A stretch of DNA of 50,701 nucleotides from Steroidobacteraceae bacterium (GCA_044871085.1 JBIOZI010000377.1:1-50701), one strand, 5' to 3'. Positions 36,743-46,285 are shown, counted from the stretch's first letter. The notes: a model not told the origin generated them from the sequence alone. Numbers and translations are program-made.

Positions 36743-37351
36743 ATGAAAATCGTCGCGCGACTGGCAACGCACACCTCGCTGCTCCTGCTGCTGGCGGCCG
36801 TGTCCCAGGCGCGCGCGGCCGTGCGCGATGGGGACCTGGTTTTCCAGACCTCGCGATCGCGCCAGAGCGAGGCGATCCAGCGCGCCACGCACTCCCCGTA
36901 CAGCCATGTCGGCATCGTGCTGTTCCGCGACGGCCAGCCCTTCGTGTTCGAGGCCATCGAGACCGTGCGATACACGCCGCTCGCGCGCTGGATCGCCCGC
37001 GGCGCGCAGGGCCGGTACGTGGTGAAGCGGCTCAAACGCGGTCTCACGCCGGCGCAGGCCGCGAAGCTGCGCGCCAGCGCCGCGCCGTTCTCCGGCCGCC
37101 GCTATGACCTGTACTTCGAATGGTCCGACGAGCGCATCTACTGCTCGGAGCTGGTCTGGAAGATGTACCGCCAGGCGCTCGGGCTCGAGCTCGGTACGCG
37201 GCAGAAGCTGCGCGAATTCGCTCTGCAGGACCCGCTGGTGCGGGTGAAATTGCGCGAGCGCTACGGAAAATTGATTCCGCTCGAAGAGCCCGTAATCTCT
37301 CCGGCTGCCGTTTTCGATTCCACCCTCCTTCAAACCATCGAGACTCAATGA
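36743..37351 (+). CDS. YiiX/YebB-like permuted papain (NlpC/P60-type) hydrolase, secreted
   Basis: GGGAGGA SD. Signal peptide is MKIVARLATHTSLLLLLAAVSQARA. Motifs DGDLVFQTSRSRQSEAIQRATHSPYSHVGIV and RIYCSELVWKMY. Confidence 0.7.
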   Translation: MKIVARLATHTSLLLLLAAVSQARAAVRDGDLVFQTSRSRQSEAIQRATHSPYSHVGIVLFRDGQPFVFEAIETVRYTPLARWIARGAQGRYVVKRLKRGLTPAQAAKLRASAAPFSGRRYDLYFEWSDERIYCSELVWKMYRQALGLELGTRQKLREFALQDPLVRVKLRERYGKLIPLEEPVISPAAVFDSTLLQTIETQ

Positions 37352-38229
37352 AAATGCCGAGGCTTGTCTCACTGCTGCTTTGGGCCGCGCTGGCCGCCGC
37401 CGCGTCGGCGGCCGGACCCGCGCCCGCGAAAATCAAGTACATACCGCCCGAGGGCTTCGGCTCGTACAAGTGGGGCGACCTGCGTACCAGCTTCGAGCGG
37501 CTGCCCGACACGCCGATGGGCGTCGGCGCGGCATGGCTGCGACCGACGGAGAAGGCTGTGAGCTTCACCTGCAATCCCTCGGTGCTCCTGGGTCCCACTT
37601 CGAACGGCGCGCTCGGCGGCTGCGACTTCCAGCAGGCGCTGGACACGATGCGCAAGGAATACGAGGCTGGCGGCTTCTACGTGCTGTCCGAGTACTCCAT
37701 CGAGGGGCAGGGCTTCCGTTTCGGCGAAGTGGAGCCCGTGGTGCTGCACCCGGTCATCTATCAATTCTGCGCCAACTGGTTCGACCCCAAGCGCCAACCG
37801 CCGCCGAACTTCGACGCGATGAACAAGTTCTGCGGCATGAAGCTCATGTTCGAGAGCGAGACGCGCGAAGAGCTCAAGAAGCTCCCGGCCGATCACGTGA
37901 CCAACTACGACCGCGTGCTGGAAAAGCTCCTGGCGAAATACGGCCGGCCAGCCGGCTTCATGCGCCGCGGACAGGTGGTCATCGAAACCCTCGAAGGCGA
38001 GTCGAGTGACGCCGGCGACCGCCGCTTCAGCATCTGGCGCTGGTGTCCGGCGAGCGATCGCGGCTTTCACACCTCGTGCGCGGCCAGCGTGACGCTCGCG
38101 CTCGATCCCGCGACCGGCGTCGGCACGGTGCTGTATTCGACGCCGCTGCTGTGGGAGTTCGCGTTCGCGCGCCAGAACAACGGCTTCAAGGGAGACCCGC
38201 TCTTCAAGATGCTGCACGCGCGGCAGTAG
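37348..38229 (+). CDS. hypothetical secreted protein, translationally coupled to the YiiX-like gene
   Basis: Its ATG overlaps the upstream TGA (ATGA). Signal peptide is MKMPRLVSLLLWAALAAAASAA. 293 aa with several Cys. I recognise no family. Confidence 0.55.
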   Translation: MKMPRLVSLLLWAALAAAASAAGPAPAKIKYIPPEGFGSYKWGDLRTSFERLPDTPMGVGAAWLRPTEKAVSFTCNPSVLLGPTSNGALGGCDFQQALDTMRKEYEAGGFYVLSEYSIEGQGFRFGEVEPVVLHPVIYQFCANWFDPKRQPPPNFDAMNKFCGMKLMFESETREELKKLPADHVTNYDRVLEKLLAKYGRPAGFMRRGQVVIETLEGESSDAGDRRFSIWRWCPASDRGFHTSCAASVTLALDPATGVGTVLYSTPLLWEFAFARQNNGFKGDPLFKMLHARQ

Positions 38230-38239
38230 TCAGCCTGTG

Positions 38240-38887
38240 CTATCGCGCGTGGCGGAACGTGAGGTTGTAACGGAAGCCGCCGGTGACGGGATGGGTGCCG
38301 GGCTTCACAGGCCGCACCGCGTGATAGACCAGCCGCGACGGCCCGCCCCACACCAGCACGTCGCCGTCGCGCAGCGCCACGCTGCGGCCTTTGCCGCCGC
38401 GCGTGAGGCCGTAGAACGCGAAGCTCGCCGGCAGGCCGAGTGACACGGACACGATGGGCTGCGCGAAATTCTGCTCGTCGGCGTCGCGATGCGCGGTGAG
38501 CCGCGCCCCAGGCACATAGCGGTTGACGAGGCAGGCGTCGGGCACGAATTCCGGGAAGCCGCCGAGCGCCGCCGCCTCGAGCGCCACGGCGACGAACTCT
38601 TCCGGCATCGCCGGCCAGTCGCGATCGGTGAGCGGATCGCGCGAGCTGTAGCGGTAGCCGCTGCGATCGCTGACCCAGCCCACCGGGCCGCAGTTCGTCA
38701 TCGCGACGGACATCGTCTGCCCGCCGGGCGTCACGAGATGGCGGAACGGCGCGCGCGCGGCCACGGCTTCGATGAGTGGAAACAGCCGCGCGCTGTCCGA
38801 GAAGCCGCGCAGCAACGTGATGCCGGCGTCCAGCGGCACCACTTCGGGCGCGCCGGGGCGGGTAAGCGGCAGCTCGAGCGTGCTCAT
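38240..38887 (-). CDS. alkB: alpha-ketoglutarate-dependent DNA dioxygenase AlkB
   Basis: Trimmed to MSTLELPLTRPG... (ATG 38885-38887, overlapping the tamB stop as ATGA). Motifs HRDADE and RYNLTFR. Confidence 0.85.
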   Translation of the reverse strand: MSTLELPLTRPGAPEVVPLDAGITLLRGFSDSARLFPLIEAVAARAPFRHLVTPGGQTMSVAMTNCGPVGWVSDRSGYRYSSRDPLTDRDWPAMPEEFVAVALEAAALGGFPEFVPDACLVNRYVPGARLTAHRDADEQNFAQPIVSVSLGLPASFAFYGLTRGGKGRSVALRDGDVLVWGGPSRLVYHAVRPVKPGTHPVTGGFRYNLTFRHAR

Positions 38888-41800
38888 TTCTCGATGGTGA
38901 ACACGAGATCGGCGCCGCGATCCTTGCCAGCCGCCTCGGTCTTGATGGTCCAGTGCTCGTCGAGCGTGTACTGCAGCTTGATGGTGCTGATGGCCTCGGC
39001 GAGCGAGACGCCGTAGCTCACGTACAGGCGCGGCGAGAAATAACGCCCCAGCACCAGCGAAGTTTCGTTCGACAGGTCCGACTCGACGCTGATGTCGGGA
39101 ATTCCGAGCTTGCCTCCGAGCTGCGAGGCGAGGATGGCCGCCGCCTGGCCCACCGCTTCCTGCCGGCCGGTGCCGGCGCGGTCGGACTGCTGCACCGAAT
39201 CGAGCGACGAGCCCGCGAGAATGATGCCGACGATCTGCGATTGCGGGATCATCGGCTCGGAGAAGAACGACAGCCGCGGCTCGCGCAGCGTGCCGCGCAC
39301 GTTCACGCCGGCCTTCACGTCGGGGAAGATCTTCACGGCGCGAATGTCGATGACGGGATCCGCCAGCAGACCGCCGTTGTAGATGAGCCGGCCGCGCTCG
39401 ATGTCGAGCTTGCGCGCCAGCGCAACGTACTGGCCCTTGGATACCTGCACCTCGCCCGAGGCGCGCGTCGGCTGGTCGGGCATCGAGATGGCGGTGATGC
39501 TGCCCGTGAGCTGGCCCGAGAGGCCGTAGGTCTCGATGCTGACGTCGTCGCCGAGCGTCATCGTGATCTTGCTCTCGACCAGGAACGGGTCGCTCTCCGC
39601 TTCCTCCGTCGGCCCGACCAGCCTCTCGTCGGGCGACGACAGCACGGCGTTGGTGAGCTCGGCGGGTCGGATGCGCGCCAGCGGTAGTTTGACCTCGCCG
39701 GTCACCAGCATCTTGCGCCCCTCGATCGCGAAGTTGAGGTCCGGCGACGCGTCGATGCGCGCCTCCGGGACGTCGACCACGCGCAGGTTCTTGCCCGACA
39801 CGCGCAGGTCGCCATAGGGGAGATTGTCGCGCCACGCGAGTTTGCCCGAGCTCGCGACCGAGCCCGCGCCGGCATTCGCCGCCGCGCTGAACTCGAGGTT
39901 GTTGGAGGCGATGCGCGCCTGTGCTTCGACGCCGCGCAGTGCGAGGTTGAGCTGGTAGAGATCGAGCTCGGCGCCCGACAGCCGGACGAGCCCGCTGGCG
40001 TTGGGTCGCCCGACGGTTCCGGCGAAGCTCAGGTCGAGGTCGAAGTGGCCGCTGGCGCGGTCGACGGCGGGTAGATAGAGAGTGATGAAGCCGAGCTCGC
40101 CGATCGCCATCTGCAGCTGGCCGCGCAGCGGCCAGGCGCGCACGTCACCCGCGGTGCGCTCGGCGCGCATGCGGCCGGCGATCAGGCCGCGCGCCGCGGC
40201 GTCGAGGCGCAGCTCGCCGAGCACGTGGTCGGCCTCGGCGCGCGCGGTGACGAACCCCGAGCCGAACGTGATGACGTCGGTGCGCCCGCTCGCTAGCTTG
40301 TGGCGGATGGCGGCGTCGACCAGGTCAACGCGCGCCTCGCCGGTGAACGGCGCGCCGCCGGTCGCGCTCGCGCTGGCGGTGGCATTGACGGTGCCCTGGT
40401 ATTCGACGCGGGGCGTGAAGCCGGCGGTCAGGGTGCTGATCGGCAGGTTGTGCGCATCGCCCTTCGCGGCCCAGCCGTGCGGGCTCCAGTTGCCCTCGGC
40501 GCACAGCTTCGCGACCTTGCCGAGCAGACACAGCGCTTCGAGCTTGAAGGCATCGGCGCTGGCCACCACCGCCGCGGGCGCGTCGAGCCGCAGGTTGACG
40601 TTCGATGTGTCGTCGATGACGAGGTTGGTGATGGTGCCGGTCCAGGTGCCGTTCGTGAACCCGCCCTTGCCGTTCAGATGCAGGCTGGTCTTGCCGGCGA
40701 GCGTGTCGACTTTGAGCGCATGGTTGCCGGTGGTGCCGTCGAGCATCAGGTTGAACTGGGTGACGCCGTGCTCGCCGACCATGACGCGCGACAGGGCGAC
40801 GTCGGCGTGCGAGACACGCTGGCCGCGCCAGTCGACGTCGATGTTGGCGCCGATCTTGTCGATCTTCACGTCCTCGCGCGCCAGGCCGGAACCCTGGGCG
40901 CTGAGCCTGACTACCGGCGCCTCGGTGCTGCCGCCGATGCGGCCGTGCGCGTGCAGCTCGCCGCGCGCGCCGTCGAGCAGCAGCCCGAGGTTGTCGGCAT
41001 CGATGCTGAAGTCGAGATTGAGCGGCCGCGCGCCGCCGAGCTCGCCGTCGAGGGCGACGGCCAGGTTGCCGGCGCGCAGTCGCAGCGTGTCGAAGGTCCA
41101 TTCCTCGCCGTGCTTGCGCACGCTGCCCCCGCCCGACGCGGCGCTGCCGCGCAGCTTGCCGCTGATGCGGCCGAAGGCCACGTCGAGGTCGCCGTCGGAG
41201 CCGAACGGCTTGCCGCTGGCGTCGAGCTCGAAGTCGAGCGCGCCGGCGAAGCCGGGCCGCAGCGTCGCGGGGTCGAAGCCGTGCACGCTGCCTTTGAGAG
41301 CCCAGCTCTCCCCGGGTGTCCAGCGCGCCTCGCCCGCGAGCCGTGCGCTGCCGCCGAACGCGCCGAGATCGAGCTGCTCGATGGCGAGATGGTCCTTGTG
41401 GAGCGCGCCGTGCACCGCTACCGTCATCGGATCGAGTTGCGGCACGTACAGATCGCCGGACGCAGTCAGCGCGTAAGGCCACAGTCCCTCGAGCCGGTAG
41501 GTGCCCGCCGGGCTCGCGAAGACCTGCGGCGTCTGTGCGGTGAACGCCTGCGCGAGCGGCCAGCGCAGGCCTTGCCAGTCGCCTTCCAGCAGTAGTTTGG
41601 GGCCGTTCTCGGCCGTCTCGATGGTGCCGGCGCCCGTGACGTGGCTGCCGGTGGCGCGATGCGTGACCTCGTAGCGGGTGGCGTTCACGACGCGGTCGGC
41701 GTAATAGCCCGCGAACGAGGTGTCGAACGGCCCGGCGCCGAGGCCCGGCACCGCGAGCGGGCCGCGCGCGTGAAAGGCGTTCATCTCGCCGCCCACGTCG

Positions 41801-42630
41801 AGCCGCCCGGTGATGATGCCGAGCGCGCCGCCCGCGCCGAACGCGCGCAGGTCGAAATTGTGCACGTCGGCGACGCCGGTCCAGTGGAAGGCGCTCGACA
41901 GGTCCAGCAGCTCGCCGCGCAGGTCGGCGCGGAACGGCGCCTGCAGCTTGCCCGTCAGCGGTAGTTTGGCGAGGTCGCCGCTGAAACTCGCGTCGGCGCG
42001 CCATTCGGGCTGCCCGGCGATCAGCATGCGCGTGGTCACCTCGCCCGACAGCTGCGTCGGGTCCGCGGCCTGCAGCTCGCCGAGCGCGCGTGCGGCCAGC
42101 ACTCCATAGACTATGTTGCCCTCGAAGACGCGGATGGTCTTGTGGCCGACGATGCCGGCGCCGCTGACGTCGTCGAACACCGTGCGTTTGCCGCTCGGCG
42201 CGACGATGACCAGGCTCTTCGCGGCAGCGTGCCGCGTGCTGATGCTCAGCAGCCGCGGCATGAACTTCGGCGGATTCTTCGGCGCGTCCTGCGGGCGGGG
42301 CTTGACCTCGATGAGCACGACGTCGGCGCGCGCGTCGCGCACCGCGATGCGCCCCACGAGGATCGGCCAGAAGTTCACCCGCGCGGTGCCGTTCTGCACG
42401 CTCACGTGCGCGCGCTCGCTGTCGACGTCGACGCGGGTGGCGCTGAAGCCCCCGGCAATAGTTCCCTTGACGCCCTCGATGTGCAGCAACACCTTGCCCA
42501 TGCGCTCGGGCAGGCGCGCGACCGCGAAGCGCAGGCCTGCCTCGCTGTAGATGACCCACGCCAGGAACGAGAGCAGGACCGCGATCAGCGTTCCGAGGAT
42601 CAGCGCGACGATCTTGAGCCGGCGCTTCAT
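38884..42630 (-). CDS. tamB: translocation and assembly module protein TamB
   Basis: Track ORF 38884..43347 trimmed to MKRRLKIVALILGTLIAVLLSFLAWVIY (signal anchor, ATG 42628-42630). 1248 aa, beta-rich, with a DUF490-like C-terminus. Confidence 0.85.
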   Translation of the reverse strand: MKRRLKIVALILGTLIAVLLSFLAWVIYSEAGLRFAVARLPERMGKVLLHIEGVKGTIAGGFSATRVDVDSERAHVSVQNGTARVNFWPILVGRIAVRDARADVVLIEVKPRPQDAPKNPPKFMPRLLSISTRHAAAKSLVIVAPSGKRTVFDDVSGAGIVGHKTIRVFEGNIVYGVLAARALGELQAADPTQLSGEVTTRMLIAGQPEWRADASFSGDLAKLPLTGKLQAPFRADLRGELLDLSSAFHWTGVADVHNFDLRAFGAGGALGIITGRLDVGGEMNAFHARGPLAVPGLGAGPFDTSFAGYYADRVVNATRYEVTHRATGSHVTGAGTIETAENGPKLLLEGDWQGLRWPLAQAFTAQTPQVFASPAGTYRLEGLWPYALTASGDLYVPQLDPMTVAVHGALHKDHLAIEQLDLGAFGGSARLAGEARWTPGESWALKGSVHGFDPATLRPGFAGALDFELDASGKPFGSDGDLDVAFGRISGKLRGSAASGGGSVRKHGEEWTFDTLRLRAGNLAVALDGELGGARPLNLDFSIDADNLGLLLDGARGELHAHGRIGGSTEAPVVRLSAQGSGLAREDVKIDKIGANIDVDWRGQRVSHADVALSRVMVGEHGVTQFNLMLDGTTGNHALKVDTLAGKTSLHLNGKGGFTNGTWTGTITNLVIDDTSNVNLRLDAPAAVVASADAFKLEALCLLGKVAKLCAEGNWSPHGWAAKGDAHNLPISTLTAGFTPRVEYQGTVNATASASATGGAPFTGEARVDLVDAAIRHKLASGRTDVITFGSGFVTARAEADHVLGELRLDAAARGLIAGRMRAERTAGDVRAWPLRGQLQMAIGELGFITLYLPAVDRASGHFDLDLSFAGTVGRPNASGLVRLSGAELDLYQLNLALRGVEAQARIASNNLEFSAAANAGAGSVASSGKLAWRDNLPYGDLRVSGKNLRVVDVPEARIDASPDLNFAIEGRKMLVTGEVKLPLARIRPAELTNAVLSSPDERLVGPTEEAESDPFLVESKITMTLGDDVSIETYGLSGQLTGSITAISMPDQPTRASGEVQVSKGQYVALARKLDIERGRLIYNGGLLADPVIDIRAVKIFPDVKAGVNVRGTLREPRLSFFSEPMIPQSQIVGIILAGSSLDSVQQSDRAGTGRQEAVGQAAAILASQLGGKLGIPDISVESDLSNETSLVLGRYFSPRLYVSYGVSLAEAISTIKLQYTLDEHWTIKTEAAGKDRGADLVFTIEK

Positions 42631-44480
42631 CACAACTTCGGCGAGAAATTCAGGTGCAGGCGCGGCCCCGGGCGCTCGGTGCTGCCGGGAGGAGTGGTGA
42701 GCGCCTGCGCGACGTCGATGCCCACCGAGACCACCGGCAGCCGGAACCGTATGCCGATGCCCGCGGAATACATGAGCGGATCGCCGAACTGGTCGAACGC
42801 GTTGCCGGTGTCCCCGAACACCGCCAGCGAGAAATTCTTCGGCCAGTCGAGATCGCGGATGAGCTCCACCGAGGCGGTGAACAGGTGTTTGCCGCCGGTC
42901 TTCTCGAATTCCGAGCTGCCGTCCTCGTTGAACACCTCTTCGATGGGCGAGAGGTCGTTCACGCCGAAGCCGCGCACGCTGCGGTCGCCGCCGGCGAAGA
43001 AGCGCTGCGACGGCGCGAGCGCGCTGGTCTTCGACAGCGCGGTCGCGCCGAGGTCGCCGCGCAACAGCACGTGCCACTTGGGCGCGATGTCGAACACGCG
43101 CTCGGCCTGCAGGCGCACCTGCAGGAAGTCCGAATCGGAACCCAGCGCGTTGTTGGAGCCGCGCACCTCGAAGAACAGGGCGCGCGAGAACAGCGCCTCG
43201 CCGAGGTATTTGTCCGGCACCAGCGAGAAACTCATGCCGGGGATCAGCAGCGTCTGCGTGTCGTTGCGTCCGGATGCGACCAGCTCCGACTCCGCGTGCA
43301 GCAGCTCGACGTAGGTCACGCGCTGCCACCACTGCCGGCCCAGCCACGACTTGCCGTACCAGTCATCGAAGCGGCGCAGGTGCGTATACCCGGGCGTGAA
43401 GTTGAGCGAGCGGTCGTCGACGTCGGCGAGGCGCCGGTGTTTGCCGGTGAGCTGCAGCGTGAATTTCTCGACCGCCGGATCGCCGATCGGAATGATGTAG
43501 CGCGCGTCGAGCGCCTGCTCCAGCGCCGCCGCGCGCACCTCGGTGCGGAAGCGGTGTCCGCGCCGGTTCACGAGCCGGTCTTCCCAGGAAACCGTGCCGC
43601 GCACCTCGGTGTCCGTGCCGTAGCCCACGCCGTACTGGATGCGGTGGCGGCGGTTCGGCTCGGCGGTGATGGTGATCGGCACGATGTGCGTCTCGCGGTT
43701 GCGATCTTCGGGCAGCACCTCGACCGTGGAGAAATACTGGCTGTCGTCGAGCGCGAACTGCGTGCGCAGCAGCTCGCCGGCGTTGAAGGCGTCGTTCTCC
43801 TTGAAGCGCATGAAGCGGCGCGCCAGCGCCTCGTCGATGACGTCCTGCGTGATCGTGGTGGCGCCGAAGAAGTAGCGCGCGCCGGTCTCGAACTCGATGG
43901 CGATGTTCGCGGTGTAGTTCTGCGGGTCGACGCGCATCTCGTTGCGCACCATGCGCGCATCCAGGTAGCCGTAGGTGGCGGCGGTGCGCAGCAGGTCGCC
44001 CTTGAGCTTGTCGTACGCCGGATGGCTGAGGTGGTCGGCGTGCTGGATCGGCAGGTGCCTGGTGATGTTCGTGAAGATCGCGTCGTCGGCGCCGGGGCCC
44101 GTCACCTTCACGTCCACCTGGTCGACCAGCACCGCCTTGCCGCGCACGATGTTGACGGTGATGTGATAGTCCTGGTTGTTGCCGCTGCCCTCGTGCCGCA
44201 CCGGGCAGGTGACGGTGGGCTCGTAGTAGCCGAAAGGACGGATCGCGGCGCGCACCTCGCGCTCGCAGCGTTCCTGCAGGCGCTCGACGAACTCGCGCGA
44301 CAGGTCGTCGGACTTCTTGTAGCGCTCGAACGATAGATAGGCGAGCACGTTGCCGAGCAGCGGCTCTTCGACGCCGTGCACCTCGACCTTGACCTCGGCG
44401 ACTGCCGGCAGCGGGAGCTGGAGCATGCCGAACGCGAGCAAGAGGACGAGGCGCGGAGGTTTCGGCTGCAGGATCGGCAT
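42630..44480 (-). CDS. tamA: outer-membrane assembly protein TamA (BamA/Omp85 family)
   Basis: POTRA-like N-terminus and an Omp85 barrel ending ...LHLNFSPKL. Its stop overlaps the tamB ATG by 1 nt. The start is either ATG 44480 (MPILQPKPPRLVLLLAF...) or TTG 44510. Confidence 0.85.
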   Translation of the reverse strand: MPILQPKPPRLVLLLAFGMLQLPLPAVAEVKVEVHGVEEPLLGNVLAYLSFERYKKSDDLSREFVERLQERCEREVRAAIRPFGYYEPTVTCPVRHEGSGNNQDYHITVNIVRGKAVLVDQVDVKVTGPGADDAIFTNITRHLPIQHADHLSHPAYDKLKGDLLRTAATYGYLDARMVRNEMRVDPQNYTANIAIEFETGARYFFGATTITQDVIDEALARRFMRFKENDAFNAGELLRTQFALDDSQYFSTVEVLPEDRNRETHIVPITITAEPNRRHRIQYGVGYGTDTEVRGTVSWEDRLVNRRGHRFRTEVRAAALEQALDARYIIPIGDPAVEKFTLQLTGKHRRLADVDDRSLNFTPGYTHLRRFDDWYGKSWLGRQWWQRVTYVELLHAESELVASGRNDTQTLLIPGMSFSLVPDKYLGEALFSRALFFEVRGSNNALGSDSDFLQVRLQAERVFDIAPKWHVLLRGDLGATALSKTSALAPSQRFFAGGDRSVRGFGVNDLSPIEEVFNEDGSSEFEKTGGKHLFTASVELIRDLDWPKNFSLAVFGDTGNAFDQFGDPLMYSAGIGIRFRLPVVSVGIDVAQALTTPPGSTERPGPRLHLNFSPKL

Positions 44481-44568
44481 GACACCGCTTGTGGGCGGAG
44501 AAAGACTCAAGATTCTAATGAGAGTCCACGTCTCACGCGCGGGTTCCTCTCCGGAAAGCAGATGTCCG

Positions 44569-45354
44569 TCAACGTCGCGCGGCGGCGTTCAGGACGTGTT
44601 CAGTTTGTCCGGTCGAATTGCCGGCGGCATCGAAGCGGCGCTCGGCGATTTGCGACTCGGCGCCGAGCGTGAGGATCGTCGAGCAGCGCGTGCCGTAGGC
44701 CGGGTCGAGCACGAATGGCGCGGACAGCTTGCGGGCCCATTCGGGAGCGAGATCGCTCGGCGGCAGGCTTTCGGGCGGGACGGTGGTGCGGTCGGCCAGC
44801 ATGTCGAACAACGCCGCGGACAGCGGTTCCGGACGCTCGGAGTGCGCGGATTCGAGCAAAGCCTCGAAGCGCGCCCGCACCCGTACCAGCTTCGGCCACG
44901 GCGTATCGAGGTGCTCGTTCGACAGCCCGTAGACGCCCGGCGGCAGGGGCCGCGCGAAGCGGTCGGCGCGGTTCGATGCGTACCAGAGCGTGTCGCGATC
45001 GGCCAGCAGCAGGTTGAAGCCGGCGTAGCCGGGTGCGTCGGTCTCGATGCCGCGCAGGTATTCCTCCGCCGCGGCGCCGCCGGTGAGGAAGGCCGGGATC
45101 AACCCGCCGCGCGAGGGCGCGCCGCGGCGCTGCCGGCCGAATTCGCGGAAGTTCGTGACGATGCCGACGCGCTCCTGCGCATCCACCGCGAACCATGCGC
45201 CGCCGGCCTGCAGGTCGCGGCCGCCCACGACCCCGGGGGCATCGGGCCAGGGCGCGAGCGGCGCCGCGGCCCGCGCGTGATACTCATCGCGGTTGGCGGC
45301 GATCACCAGGCGGTGGCGGGGATGGGTCCGCCACGCCAGAACTAACAAACACAT
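44569..45354 (-). CDS. NRDE family protein (DUF833/TANGO2-like)
   Basis: Trimmed to MCLLVLAWRTHPRHRLVIAANRDE... (ATG 45352-45354). Confidence 0.8.
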   Translation of the reverse strand: MCLLVLAWRTHPRHRLVIAANRDEYHARAAAPLAPWPDAPGVVGGRDLQAGGAWFAVDAQERVGIVTNFREFGRQRRGAPSRGGLIPAFLTGGAAAEEYLRGIETDAPGYAGFNLLLADRDTLWYASNRADRFARPLPPGVYGLSNEHLDTPWPKLVRVRARFEALLESAHSERPEPLSAALFDMLADRTTVPPESLPPSDLAPEWARKLSAPFVLDPAYGTRCSTILTLGAESQIAERRFDAAGNSTGQTEHVLNAAARR

Positions 45355-45364
45355 CGGGGATCGT

Positions 45365-46285
45365 TCACGGCTGCGGCCGCAGCGGCACGGCGTGATACCA
45401 GCCGTCGATGAGCCGCGCGGAGATCGAGCCCGCGGGCGGCAGCGCCGGGTGGCCGGCCGCGACCTCGGCGCGCGTGAACCAGCGCGCATCCTCGAGCTCG
45501 CCGTCGCGCAGCGTGATGTCGTGCGTGCGCGCCACGGCTCGGAAGCCGAGCATGAGCGAGGAGGGAAAGGGCCAGGGTTGTGAGGCCTCGTAGCGGACGT
45601 CGCCGACGACCACGCCGGTCTCCTCCGCGACCTCGCGCACCACCGCATCCTCGAGGCTCTCGCCCGGCTCGACGAAGCCGGCGATCGTGGAATAGCGGCC
45701 CGCGGGCCAGGACGCCGCGCGGCCTAACAGGGCGCGCTCGCCGGTGGCGTCCGCGACCAGCACGATGATGGCCGGGTCGAGGCGCGGGAAGGATTCGGTG
45801 GCGCAGTCGGCGCGGGTGCAGCGCATGACGTGGCCGGCGCGCGTGGGCTCGTTGACCGACCCGCACACGCCGCAGAACCGGTGCCGCGCGCGCCACAGCA
45901 CCAGCGCGCGCACGTACCCGAGCAGCGAGGCCGAGTCCTCGGGCAGCATGGGCGCCAGCGGCCGCAGCTCGGCGAGCTCGGTGTCCCCGGGCAGCGGCGG
46001 TTGTGCCGCCGGCGCGTGCACCTGCCACTCGACCAGCACGGTGCGCTCGCCGCGAAACCATCCTAACAACGTAAACGACGTCGGCTCCGCAGACAGCAGC
46101 GGATCGCCATTGCGCAGGAACGCGACGTCGCGTTCGCCGACGGTCACCAGCTGCTTCGACCCGGCCGCGAGCACGTAGCGGGTGGTGACATCCGCGCGTG
46201 CCGCCGCCAGCCACTGCGGATCGTCGCGCAGCTCGGCGCGACGGTCGAGGAACGGGCCGGCGAAGAAAGTGGGACGGATGGTCAC
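45365..46285 (-). CDS. nudC: NAD+ diphosphatase NudC
   Basis: Zn-ribbon CGVCGS...RCTRADC. Nudix box GFVEPGESLEDAVVREVAEETGV. The start is set at GTG 46283-46285 (uncertain). Confidence 0.8.
   Translation of the reverse strand: MTIRPTFFAGPFLDRRAELRDDPQWLAAARADVTTRYVLAAGSKQLVTVGERDVAFLRNGDPLLSAEPTSFTLLGWFRGERTVLVEWQVHAPAAQPPLPGDTELAELRPLAPMLPEDSASLLGYVRALVLWRARHRFCGVCGSVNEPTRAGHVMRCTRADCATESFPRLDPAIIVLVADATGERALLGRAASWPAGRYSTIAGFVEPGESLEDAVVREVAEETGVVVGDVRYEASQPWPFPSSLMLGFRAVARTHDITLRDGELEDARWFTRAEVAAGHPALPPAGSISARLIDGWYHAVPLRPQP

Noticed and set aside
38884-43347. A 1487-aa version of TamB, and similar 5' over-extensions (hslU 828..2465, cytochrome c4 22195..23556, kinase 13025..14809, nudC 45365..46618, FlhC-like 46326..47459, argF' 30346..32079).
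   Set aside because: The extensions read through the upstream gene or spacer in a shadow frame and are Arg/Pro-rich. Internal starts give N-termini that match family patterns (signal anchors, MTPREIV..., MIESRF...), often with stop/start overlaps or SD motifs.
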